Source: Euprymna scolopes (Eukaryota). Taken from it: 64,000 nt of DNA. The notes under the pieces are model-generated. The model worked only from the letters and a program-made list of their open reading frames with translations, ran no database searches and was not told where the DNA came from. The stretch's first letter is position 1. Every line of letters begins with the position of its first letter. Shown here piece by piece: positions 26,245 through 39,000 of this stretch. Made by a program: the position numbers and the translations under genes. The DNA lies in assembly GCA_053919585.1 (NCBI GenBank), contig CM132787.1. The stretch is one strand, 5' to 3'.

Positions 26245-26660
26245 GCGGATACTAAATCTCCATTAGTAATAAAATTATGATTATTACTTTTGTTTATAAG
26301 GATTATTAAATATTTTCTTTCTTAATCTTCGTCAGAGAACATGAAAGTTGTGCCAAACTGTTCTATTAGGCGGAATTAATTTTACTCGTCTTGGGACCGG
26401 TATTCTCTTAGTTTACCAGTTTTTATATAATAGCAACATCTCTTCCGCGAGAAAGGGGTGCAGAAAGGCGTGCAGACTGGTTTGTAAGAAAGAAGTCTTG
26501 GTAAGGAGTTGATTTTCTATTCTGAGTATTATAAGCGGTACTCTCCAGATGCGACAGCAGTACACCATGTTCGGACGTATCTGGCTCTCATACAGGGTGA
26601 GGATATCATCCGGAGTAAAATACCCTTTGGACATGATACAATGATTTTCTAGCGACTATA
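26245..26660 (-). mobile_element. Degenerate LINE RT C-terminal remnant containing one monomer of the ~38-bp satellite; duplicate at 33555-33970
   Basis: LYESQIRPNMVYCCRIW; ggaagagatgttgct (RDVA codons); downstream LIPPNRT. Confidence 0.75.
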
Positions 26661-27012
26661 GCTTATTAGATTATACCTATTTGTTAGAAAACTTTTGTGA
26701 CCTTATCTTTCGGTTATTTAAACTAATGAAAAGCGATTATCCTCAACTAGTCAACCTGGTAATAATTTTAAGATATATATAGCGGTTGGAAAAAATAATG
26801 GAAATTAATCGAAAGCAGTGGTTTTCTGATGGCAGCCCCTCATGAAATCCAACAAACAGTTTTTGTTGAAACGAGATTATACAAATAATGTTAAGCTGTC
26901 CTGTAAGTTTGGGTGTCATGGTTTTGTGCTTGTTCTTCACAAGCCTTGCAAGGGCTCTACGATCTCTATCAGACAGTTTCTGCTTTCTTCCTGAATTTTG
27001 CTTAGAGGAAAA

Positions 27013-27904
27013 CTAGCTGCGTTGCCCGGTCGTACATTACCCTTTAACATGGTATTTTAATTTATGCAGATTGCGTATATTATAATAGAATCAATACTCT
27101 ATTGATTATGATATATTACTAGGAATAATTTGCNNNNNNNNNNNNNNNNNNNNNNNNNNNNNNNNNNNNNNNNNNNNNNNNNNNNNNNNNNNNNNNNNNN
27201 NNNNNNNNNNNNNNNNNNNNNNNNNNNNNNNNNNNNNNNNNNNNNNNNNNNNNNNNNNNNNNNNNNNNNNNNNNNNNNNNNNNNNNNNNNNNNNNNNNNN
27301 NNNTGTTTATAATATCACCTCAGCAGATATTTGGACTTGATGAGTGCCCTGGAAAAGTCACTTCTGATTAATGTTAAGTCTTAAAATATGAAAACAAAGA
27401 AATAATTTGCGACGATTTTAAATAGTAGCTCTTCTTTGACCGTAAATTGAACTCATTGATAAAAAATTAAAATTAAATGGCTGGATTGAACAAAGGATCA
27501 TTCGATTTGTAGTTGAATACTCTACAACTAAACTATATCTCCAGATTATAATAATTTTTTTTTTTTAATAAAGAAAAAGTGATTTCTTGAAATTATCTTC
27601 CTTGCCAGGGCTACACAAAATATTCCCCTGTAAAAATTATTCCTTTTATCTTAAGAGAGAAAAGCTGTTTTTAAGATTGGATTTTTTAGATTTTCGAGTC
27701 TTATCGGATGAATTTCTGTACAAAACTTAACACTTAATTTCTGTACAAAACTTAACACTTAATTTCTGTACAAAACTTAAGAACACTACCAGATATATAA
27801 ATTAGCTTTGTGTGAAATTTGCAAAAGACAGGTTCAGCGGTTTCGAAACCTTTGAGGAAGGAACTCTCACACACATACACACACTAAGTGAATTTTATAT
27901 AAGA
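27013..27904 (-). mobile_element. Helitron-like element with decayed tRNA-Cys-like segment; duplicate at 34311-35211
   Basis: Minus strand TCttatataaaa start and ccgggcaacgc..CTAG|T end; 27478-27543 reads gatatagtttagttgtagagtattcaactacaaatcgaatgatcctttgttcaatcc. Confidence 0.6.
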
Positions 27905-29942
27905 GTTGCGATGTTATTTTTTTTTTTTGCCATTTCCTTATACACAGTTCCAACATCTCAGTAACTTCAGTTACAGTAGCACTCGCTACACGGGCACTAA
28001 CAATCTCCCTTCTTTAAAAATCTGACAGATCTGTCATTTAATTTGTTTTTACTGACATGCATTATCTAAATTAAAAAAAAAGAATCAGATAATCAATTCG
28101 GGACAACAATAAGGATAAATTAAATTTAAAGCAACAATTTGGTAATTATTTTCAAATTCCCCATCCCTAACATTTACAAGCAATATGAATTAAAAAAATC
28201 GATTGAGGACATTGCCAAAGCTTCACAAAAAGAAAGTGGGCTCCTTTTACCGTACTAGAAAATTACTCACACTTGAGAGTATCCTACATATCTACAAAGC
28301 TACCATTTGTCCATGCATATTTTCACACGGATACTTAACCTCCATTAGTAATGCATAAAATTATAATTTTTACTTTTGTTTATAAGAATTAATAAATATT
28401 CTATTTCTCAATCTTCGTCAAAGAACATAAAATTTGTGCCAAACTGTTCTATTATGCGGAAATTATTCTTCTCGTCCTGGGATCGATATTCTCTTTGTTT
28501 AACAGTTTTTATATAATTAGCAACATCAATTTTTAGTTTATCAGTTTTTATATAATTAGCAACATCTCTTTTTATTTTACCAGTTTATATATATAGTTAG
28601 CAACATCTCTTTTTAGTTTACCAGTCTTTATATAATTAGCAACATCTTTTTTAGTTTACTAGTTTTTATATAATAGCAACCTCTCTTTGTAGTTTACTAG
28701 TTTTTAAAATATTAGCAATATCTCTTTTAGGTAACCAGTTTTTAGATAATATCAACTTCTCTTTTAAGTTTACCAGTTTTTATAAAATTAGCAACACCCC
28801 TTTTAAGTTTACTAGTTTTTATATAACAACATCTCTTTTTAATTACCAGTTTTGATATAATTAGCAACATCGCCTTTTAGTTTACACGTTTTTATATCAT
28901 AGAAAAACTCAAGTTATGAATTTTTATATAATTAGCAACATCTCTTTTTAATTTACCAGTTTTTATATAATGAGCAACATATCTTCTAGGTTTACAAGCT
29001 ATAGTAAATTAGCAACATCTCATTATCGTGTACCAGTTTCAATATAATAGCAACCCCTTTCTTAGTGTACCAGTTTTTATATAATAGCAATATCTCTTTT
29101 TAGTTTACCAGTTTTTTTATAATAAGCAACATCAATTTTTAATTACCAGTTTTTATATAATAGCAAATTCTCTTTACCAGTTTTGATATAATTAGCAATG
29201 TCGCTTTTCAGTTTAATAGTTTCTATATAATAACAGCATCAGTTCTTAATTATGAGTTTTTGTATAATTAGCAACATCGTTTGTCAGTTTAACAGTTTTT
29301 ATATAATTAGCAACATCGCCTTTTAGTTTACAAGTTTTTATATAATAGCAACTCTCTATTTAGTTTAAGAGGTTTTATATAATTAGCAACACCTCTTTAT
29401 AATTTACCAGTGTTATATAATTAGCAAAATATCGCTTTTTAGCTTACAAGCTATAGTAAATTAGCAACATCCCTTTTTCGTGTACCAGTTTCAATATAAT
29501 AGCTTTATCTTTGCTATGTCTACCTGTTTTTATATAATAGCAACATATCTTTTTAGTTCACCAGTTTTTATATAATTAGCAAAATCTCGTTCTAGGTTAT
29601 AAGTTGTATATATTAGCAACATCTCTTTTTAACTTGCCTAGTTGTTATATAATTAGCAACTTCTCTTTTTTAGTTTACCAGGTTTTATGTAATGAAGAAC
29701 ATTAGCAACATCTGTTTTTAGTTTACCAGTTTTATATAATAGCAACTTCTCTTTTTAACTCAACTTGTATTTATATAATTAGCAACTTCTCTTTTTAGTT
29801 TACCAGTTTTTACATAATTAGCAACATTAGTAACATCTCTCTTTAGTTACCCGGCTTTATATAAAAGCAACATCTCTTTAAGTCTAGTAGTTTTTATATA
29901 ATTAGTACACATCTCTTTTTAGTTTACCAGTTTTATATAATA

Positions 29943-31228
29943 TTAGGTTGTCCGGAAAATAATGGCCAATTTTAGAGAAAAAGGATTTATTAATCAAATA
30001 GGTGACACTAGACGTTGAAATTAGTCAAAGTATTATCCTTAAACAGCCATGCATTTTTGCCATCTATCAACTAGATCATTTATGCCTCGTTGATAAAAAT
30101 TCTTTGGCTTAGATGCTAAGAAATCTTTGAAAAAAGATTCAACCTCTGGATTAGATCTGAAAGTTTTGTTGCTTAAAAAAGCGGCTAAATGCTTGAAAAA
30201 AATGGCAGTCCGTGGGTGAAAGATCTGGAGAATAAGGAGGATGTGGTAAGTTTCGTATCCCAAATCTGTGAGTTTCTGCAGTGTCATTCTCGCAACATGA
30301 GGCCGTGCATTATCGTGGAGCAGGATTGGACCACGCCTATTCACTAATGCAGGTCTCAATTTTTGTAAATGATGATGCATTTCTTCGAGTTGATTGCAGT
30401 AAACCTCTGCCGTGATGCTCTGATTAGCATCCAGAAAGCTGTAATGAATAACACCAATTGCACACCACCAAACAGTCAGCATCATCTTCTGTTGGTGAAA
30501 CTTTGGCTTTGGAAAATGTTTGGGTGGTTCATCACAATCAAGCCATTGACCTGATCGTTTCCGATTATCGTAAAGGATCGACTTTTTGTCACAGGTGACT
30601 ATTCGGTCAAGAAATGGATCATTAATGTTTCGCAAAAAGAGCATCGAACACACTTCAAAACGTCGAGCTTGTTGATTTTCATTGAGCTGTAATGTGGGAC
30701 CCATTTGTCGAGCTTTTTCACCTTGCCAATTTGCTTCAGATGGTCCAACACTGTTGAACTGCTGACACCAAGTTCCCGAGACATTTCCCTATTACTTTGC
30801 CGTGGGGTTTGCTCAACAATGGCTCTCAAATTTTCATTGTCAAGATTAGATGGCCGTCCTCTACCTTCTTCATCTTTAAGGCTCTCATCACCACTACGAA
30901 ATTTCTGAAACCACCTTCGTACTGTTCTATCACTTGTGATGCCTTCTTCTCATGCCCTATTGATATTTGCAATTGTTTGAGAAGCATTGTTACTAAGTTT
31001 AAACTCATGCAGGAAAAGTAATCGTAATTCTTCTTTTCTCATATTCCAAATTATGGGCTTATTCGCTCATAAAACGTTTTCTGAAAGAAAAAAGTAAGAA
31101 ATTATTAAAGAGCACATATAAATCAATAATCATGTTGATGTTTACCTGAAATATAATAAAAATCCTATGATAAAATCCAATTTCAAAACAGACTTCCTGA
31201 AATGGCCATTATTTTCCGGACAACCTAA
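29943..31228 (-). mobile_element. Full-length mariner (1286 bp, cecropia/Hsmar1-like)
   Basis: TIRs ttaggttgtccggaaaataatggcca, TA TSD, empty site visible at about 43600. Confidence 0.95.
30039..31042 (-). pseudogene. Mariner D,D34D transposase, disrupted by a stop and frameshifts
   Basis: MRKEELRLLFLHEFKL..., WVPH, TCDKK, HDNARPH, frameshifted YSPDLSP. Confidence 0.9.
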
Positions 31229-31742
31229 TAGCAACTTCAATTCTTAGTTTTACAGTTTTGATTAAATTAGCAACATCTATTTAAGTTTACCAGTGTTATA
31301 TAATTAAAACATTTTTACCAGTTTTTTATAATAACCACTTCTTTTCTTAGCTTACCAGTTTTGATATAATTAGCAACATCACTTTTCAGTTTGCCAGTGT
31401 TTGTATAATAGAAACTTCTCTTCTTAGTTTACCAGTTTTGATATAATTAGCAACACACCCTTTCAGTTTAATAGTTTTTATATAATGACAGCATCTCTTT
31501 TTAATTACTAGTTTTAATAAAATTAGCATCATCTCTTCTCAGTTTATCAGTTTTTATATTATTAGCAACATCTCTTTTTAGTTTACAAGTTTTATATAAT
31601 AGCAACTCTCTATTTAGTTTATTCGCTTTTATATAATTAGCAACATCCTTTTTTAATTCACCAGTTTTATATAATTAGCAAAAATCCCTTTTTGGTTTAC
31701 AAGCTATAGTAAATGAGCAACGTCTCCTTTTCTTGGACCAGT

Positions 31743-32100
31743 GGAAGAGAAAAGGGCATCCCCCACTACACCACGAAGTCTATTTTGAACTCTGTCAAGA
31801 CAGGATAAGCTGCTTCTAGCACCTCCTGCCCCGATGTGGCAACAGTACTCCATCGTTGGCCGAACCTGGCTTTTATACAGGTAGAGAATTGCATCAGGAG
31901 TGAGATTTCTACTGGAGCGGTAGAAGGATCCCACAATTTCCCAATGGATTTGATATATGTGTTCCATTTCAGATCGGGAGTAAAGGTCAATCCCAGAAGC
32001 TTGTCAAAACATGAAGGCTCCCCAAGACGAGAGCCATTCATTTCAATTGATGACAGCTGGACATCAGAGCATAGATGATGTAAAGATAGAAGCTTGGTTT
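31743..32100 (-). mobile_element. Duplicated LINE family A fragment
   Basis: YKSQVRPTMEYCCHIGAG; copy of 24370-24730. Confidence 0.9.
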
Positions 32101-35100
32101 TGATTACTAGAATTATAATTACTCGCAAGATCAGTGGACGAGGGAGAAATATACTGAATCAACAAATATGTTTTGATAAAGCTGATATTTTTGTGGATAG
32201 TGCAAAAATTAGTTTTTTGGACTAAAAACTTATAATACAAAAAAATAAAAGTTTATTAACATATCTATGAAAATAAATTGAAAACATAAAACTGACCCAA
32301 ATTAATAAGTAATAAGACTCAGAAAGTAATATAGTGATACATAGTTCAATACAAATAATAAAATTATATTGTAAGACATAATCTTTAAATTACTCATTCA
32401 GTTCAGAACTTATTAGCAGACATTGTTCCTTTTTTGCCCTGTTTCTTTCCAATGTTCCCTTTTTTACGTAAATTCTCGCTGACTTCTTTGTTCGATGCAC
32501 GTCTAAATTACCACAAGTTCCTTTTTCACACAATTACAACAATGATCATATATTATTATTATAATGATATTCGAAAATGAGACTACATCAAAGGGAGATC
32601 ACTCTCATATTCTTGTGCAGGGTTGTTAGATTGACTTTATTTGGCCTTTTTTAAAGCGTAAAATACGGTGTAAGAAAGGAACAAAACGAATATTATATAG
32701 ATACGCTGTCTAGTTGCATAATGTTGCTGATATATATCACGAAGGAATCTGTGCTATACGGGACTCCCATCCCTAAAGAAAAAAAAAGGATAATCCCTGG
32801 GAGAATGGTATAATAGCAATAGAATAAAACTACACTAACATATGCGCAAAAAAAGGAGGCGGTAATTCTAAGGAGGAGGATCCTGTGACACTAAACCATA
32901 TACAATACTACCTCTTTCCTGAAACACTGGACAGAGTTCATTAGTTTGCAATAGTATAGAAAGCTGTAGTATTAAAGATAGTAATACGGTGTGGAATGGT
33001 AAAATTGTCGCCCTAAAAAAGACATGGTTCCATTTCCGTTTGATGAAAACCAGTTTTCTTTATTTGGTGGAGACCATTTACTAGTTAGCCTGTTGTGTAC
33101 ATATCCCAAGAGCGATAGGGACCTTCTATCATGTTTGAAAGTGTCACAATGTTCAACGAGAGAGATCGGAGATGCGCCGCTGTACAACTCATGCTCTCTA
33201 CCGCTCCAAGTTATGATGCCAGGAACTACTTCGTGTGGTCATACATCGAGAACATCACCAACGTGACCTCTCACAACACCAAATCCACCCTGATCGCCGC
33301 GGTCCGTCGAGTATTCGACGAATATTCGCCGAGCTCCTGTTGGCGCTCATGGAAAAGGCATGCTCCGGGTTCCAGACCTGTATCAAGACGGTGATTAAAA
33401 CTGAAAGCGGCTACATTGAATAGATGTAAGCTCTGCTACATAAAGTTACCTGAATTGATTTTTTCAATAAAAGTTTTAAAATATAGCTGTAGTGTTGTTT
33501 TCTTTAGGGCGACTGATTTATCGTTCCACCCTGTCATATAATTTAGGTTTCAAGCGGATACTAAATCTCCATTAGTAATAAAATTATGATTATTACTTTT
33601 TTTTATAAGGATTATTAAATATTTTCTTTCTTAATCTTCGCCAGAGAACATAAAAGTTGTGCCAAACTGTTCTATTAGGTGGAATTAATTTTACTCGTCC
33701 TGGGACCGGTATTCTCTATGTTTACCAGTTTTTATATAAGAGCAACATCTCTTCCACGAGAAAGAGGTGCAGAAAAGCGTGCAGACTGGTTTGTAAGAAA
33801 GAAGTCTTGGTAAGGAGTTGATTTTCTATTCTGAGTATTATAAGCGGTACTCTCCAGGCGCGACAGCAGTACACCATGTTCGGACGTATCTGGCTCTCAT
33901 ACAGGATGAGGATATCATCCGGAGTGAAATACCCTTTGGACATGATACAATAATTTCTAGCGACCATAGCTTATTAGATTAGACCTATTTGTTAGAAAAC
34001 TTTTCTGACCTTATCTTTCGGTTATTTAAACTAATGAAAAGCGATTATCCTCAACTAGTCAACCTGGTAATAATTTTAAGATATATATAGCGGTTGGAAA
34101 AAATAATCGAAAGCTGTGGTTTTCTGATGGCAGCCCCTCATGAAATCCAGCAAACAGTTTTTGTTGAAACGAGATTATACAAATAATGTTAAGCTGTCCT
34201 GTAAGTTTGGGTGTCATGGTTTTGTGCTTTTTCTTCACAAGCCTTGCAAGGGCTCTACGATCTCTATCAGACAGTTTCTGCTTTCTTCCTGAATTTTGCT
34301 TAGAGGAAAACTAGCTGCGTTGCCCGGTCGTACATTACCCTTTAACATGGTATTTTAATTTATGCAGATTGCGTATATTATAATAGAATCAATACTCTAT
34401 TGATTATGATATATTACTAGGAATAATTTGCNNNNNNNNNNNNNNNNNNNNNNNNNNNNNNNNNNNNNNNNNNNNNNNNNNNNNNNNNNNNNNNNNNNNN
34501 NNNNNNNNNNNNNNNNNNNNNNNNNNNNNNNNNNNNNNNNNNNNNNNNNNNNNNNNNNNNNNNNNNNNNNNNNNNNNNNTGTTTGTTTATAATATCACCT
34601 CAGCAGATATTTGGACTTGATGAGTGCCCTGGAAAAGTCACTTCTGATTAATGTTAAGTCTTAAAATATGAAAACAAAGAAATAATTTGCGACGATTTTA
34701 AATAGTAGCTCTTCTTTGACCGTAAATTGAACTCATTGATAAAAAATTAAAATTAAATGGCTGGATTGAACAAAGGATCATTCGATTTGTAGTTGAATAC
34801 TCTACAACTAAACTATATCTCCAGATTATAATAAATTTGTTTTTTTTTAATAAAGAAAAAGTGATTTGTTGATATTATTTTCCTTGCCAGGGCTACACAA
34901 AATATTCCCCTGTAAAAATTATTCCTTTTATCTTAAGAGAGAAAAGCTGTTTTTAAGATTGGATTTTTTAGATTTTCGAGTCTTATCGGATGAATTTCTG
35001 TACAAAACTTAACACTTAATTTCTGTACAAAACTTAACACTTAATTTCTTTACAAAACTTAACACTTAATTTCTGTACAAAACTTAAGAACACTACCAGA

Positions 35101-35798
35101 TATATAAATTAGCTTTGTGTGAAATTTGCAAAAGACAGGTTCAGCGGTTTCGAAACCTTTGAGGAAGGAACTCTCACACACATACACACACTAAGTGAAT
35201 TTTATATAAGAGTTGCGATGTTTTCCTTTTTTTTTGCCATTTCCTTATACACAGTTCCAACATCTCAGCAACTTCAGTTACAGTAGCACTCGCTACACGG
35301 GCACTAACAATCTCCCTTCTTTGAAAATCTGACAGATCTGTCATTTAATTTGTTTTTACTGACATGCATTATCTAAATTAAAAAAAAAAGAATCAGATAA
35401 TCAATTCGGGACAACAATAAGGATAAATTAAATTTAAAGCAACAATTTGGTAATTATTTTCAAATTCCCCATCCCTAACATTTACAAGCAATATGAATTA
35501 AAAAAATCGATTGAGGACATTGCCAAAGCTTCACAAAAAGAAAGTGGGCTCCTTTTACCGTACTAGAAAATTACTCACACTTGAGAGTATCCTACATATC
35601 TACAAAGCTACCATTTGTCCATGCATATTTTCACACGGATACTTAACCTCCATTAGTAATGCATAAAATTATAATTTTTACTTTTGTTTATAAGAATTAA
35701 TAAATATTCTATTTCTCAATCTTCGTCAAAGAACATAAAATTTGTGCCAAACTGTTCTATTATGCGGAAATTATTCTTCTCGTCCTGGGATCGATATT

Positions 35799-36060
35799 CT
35801 CTTTGTTTAACAGTTTTTATATAATTAGCAACATCAATTTTTAGTTTATCAGTTTTTATATAATTAGCAACATCTCTTTTTATTTTACCAGTTTATATAT
35901 ATAGTTAGCAACATCTCTTTTTAGTTTACCAGTCTTTATATAATTAGCAACATCTTTTTTAGTTTACTAGCTTTTATATAATAGCAACCTCTCTTTGTAG
36001 TTTACTAGTTTTTAAAATATTAGCAACATCTCTTTTAGGTTACCAGTTTTTAGATAATAT
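35799..36060. repeat. ~38-bp minisatellite, array 2, left part
   Basis: Same units as 28491-28752. Confidence 0.95.
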
Positions 36061-39000
36061 ATTTTTTTTTATTACATTTTCACCCCAAACAAGGCACATT
36101 GCCACTTTGGTGTAGGGGGCTACTATCAGGGGAAACATCGACTGGGGTACTATGTAGGGATTAGGGCAGCGAGATGTTGGTTCACGTTGCACTTGAACTT
36201 ATGCATGTCAGTACAGTTGGGGAAGCAGTGACCTGGAATGGAATTCCAAAGTCTAGCTGTTCTGGGGAAGAAACTACTGGAGTAGAAAGATCTTTTACAT
36301 CTAGGGATCTCTACAGTGTGGGGGTGGGATTTTGCAGCTTGTCGGGTCTGTCGAGGGTGTTCACGTCGTGGGGGCACGTGCTTGCAGTTCTTCAGAGCAT
36401 TCACCATTATAATACTTGTAGAACAGGCAGAGGGATGCAACGTTTCGACGATGGGACAGAGGCTGAAGTTTAGATGCCAGTTTAGGGCCTATCAGATTTG
36501 CGACTCTCTTTTGAACCCTGTCAAGGAGCGATAGACTAGTAGCCGATGCACCGGCCCAAATATGACAGCAATACTCCATACATGGGCGAATAGTGGCCTT
36601 ATAGAGGTACAGGATACTTTCGGGTGTTAGAAGTTTTCTAGCACGGTAGAGAGAGCCCACCTTCCTTGCAGCGGCCCTGGCAATGCTCTCGATGTAATTG
36701 TTCCAACTCATGTTTCCTGTGAACGTTAGGCCAAGGAGCTTGAGAGACGTACTCTCAGATAAAGAGTCGTTGGCCATTGCTATAGGTGGTAGAGAAGGTT
36801 TCTTGTAATTATTGAATGAGACCAGTTTTGTCTTGGTGGCATTGAACGTTACCATCCATTTTTGTCCCCATTCCACTACTGATTGGAGGTCATCCTCTAG
36901 TGTTTCTGCCATTACTTTAGATATATGTTCATTTGTTTTCCTGTCGTGCCTGTTATAGAGTGTGGTGTCATCAGCATATATACCCATCTCAGAGGCAATT
37001 TTGTCGGAGAGGTCATTTATGAATATCAGGAACAGCAGAGGTCCAAGGATAGATCCCTGGGGCACTCCCGCATTTATATCATATTGTTTAGATGTACGAC
37101 CGTCGAGGACAACCTGGATTTTTCTCTTATCTAAGAAGGATTTAATTATGTTAAGTATTCTACCAGTGATACCGTAAGATCTAATCTTCCTGAGGAGACC
37201 CTCATGCCATACCCTGTCAAAAGCCTTAGATATATCTAGAGCTACCGCTCTGCCCTCTCCCGCTTTGTCCAGTGAATGGTATATGCGTTCAGAGATTACA
37301 GTGAGGATGTCTGCCGTGGAACGGGCTTGTCTAAATCCATATTGATGGTCGGTCAGAAGTTTAGCATCTGTAAGGTGCTGGACTAGAGCATGGTTAATTA
37401 AGGTCTCAAATATTTTGGCAAAAAGTGGGAGGAGGCTAATAGGGCGATAATTTAATGGGTCAGTTCTTTCGCCAGAATTCTTGAATACTGGTACTACAGA
37501 AGCAGTTTTCCAACAGCTCGGAAAACAAGATTCATTAAGGCATTTGTTGTAGAGTTTGGAGAGAACTGGAGCTACTTCGGCTGAGCACTTTTTTAATAGC
37601 ACAGCTGGGATGAGGTCGGGTCCACATGCTTTGGAAGTGTCAAGGTTTTTTATGATAGCATGGACCTGAGCAGGGGTGATTTTCAGATCGTCTAGCGTGG
37701 CGTCTGTCCGCATAGGAAATTGAGGTAGGGGGTGGTTTAGAGGGTCCAGTGTGGAGTTTGAGGCAAGTCGACTGGCAAGCATGTTAGCCTTCTCGGTTGC
37801 TGAGCAAAGAACCTCGTGATTGTTAGTTAGTGGTGGAATTGTTGATTGCCCATTATTTACTACACTGTTGTAGATTTTCCAGAAGTCACGAGTTCCTAGT
37901 TTTTGTGCTTCGATGCGCTTTTTAGTGGTTTCCGTAAATTCCCTCTTAGCTGTCGCTATTTCTTTCTTAACGTTACTTATAGCTTCTATGTACTTCTGTC
38001 TGTTTGAACTGGACTTATGTCGGTTAAACCTGCGGAATGCATGCTGCCTTTGAGCAATGGCAGTTGCGCAAGTCGAAGTAAACCATTAGGGAGAGTGGGG
38101 CTTGCTAAAGAATTTCCGCATGGGAACATGCGCTTCGATTGCAGTTTTGAACCATTCAGTGGTCTCGGTTGCACACTGTTCAGCAGGAAGAGAAAAAATA
38201 TTTCCCCATGGGGCGTCTCTGATAAGATCTCTGATAGCTTCCCAGTCAGCCTTATTATAATATCTCGTTGTTTTGGGCACTGGCTCTTCAGTTTTGGGTC
38301 TAGAGTTTAGGGCGATTTCAACCATTATCACCGCATGATCAGCGTTCCCAAGTGGGCTGTCGGCTTTCGTTACACAATCATCAGGAACTGTGGTCAGAAA
38401 CAGATCTAATAGTGATGCGTGTTGTTCTTCCTGATCAGGGAAGCGGGTTGGAAAAGTAACAATTTGCGATAGGGAGTGAGATACAGAGAAGCTATGAGTT
38501 GCGCTACCTGCTGCATCTGTGTAAGTAGAGAATCCAAGCCAGTTTTTGTGATGGACATTAAAGTCGCCAAATACATGTACTTGGGCGCTAGTGTCGAAGG
38601 AGAGTGCTGTGTCTATGCTGTCAGATACTTTGTTTATTATGGTGCAGTCTTGGGTCGAGGGAGAGCGGTAGAGAAAGTAAAAGTAGCTAATGTTGTGTTG
38701 CATGATTAGTCTAAAGCACATAAAGGCTTGATCATCCGTTTCTAGGTTTGTTTCTCTAGTCAAGGGAAGGGTATTACGAATGTAAACTCCAAGTCCGTGC
38801 ATATGTCTTTCAGAGTCCTTACGGCAGAGTGGGAGATATCCAGGCATGTTAAAGTAGTTAGAGGGGATGGAGGAGTGTAGGTTAGTCTCACTTAGTGCTA
38901 AGATATCCGGGGTATTTGTTAGGAGAAATACTTCGACATCAGCTAAATTAGTTCTAAGCCCACGGATATTTGTGAATGCAAGCCTCAAGGGAGGAGGCAA

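Larger units (their letters stand above)
24370..31742. repeat. Tandem segmental duplication, copy 1 (contains the mariner insertion)
   Basis: Colinear high identity with 31743-44106 across LINE, Tc1/mariner, Helitron and satellite segments. Confidence 0.92.
28491..31742. repeat. ~38-bp minisatellite (agtttaccagtttttatataattagcaacatctcttttt), array 1
   Basis: Visible periodicity; interrupted by the mariner at 29943-31228. Confidence 0.95.

Noticed and set aside
6294-34579. Eight N runs of about 128-170 nt as hidden exons or features
   Set aside because: Content unknowable. Flanks are often simple repeats and two runs fall at the same paralogous position, suggesting masked or unresolved tandem repeats. 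ORFs through them are artefacts.
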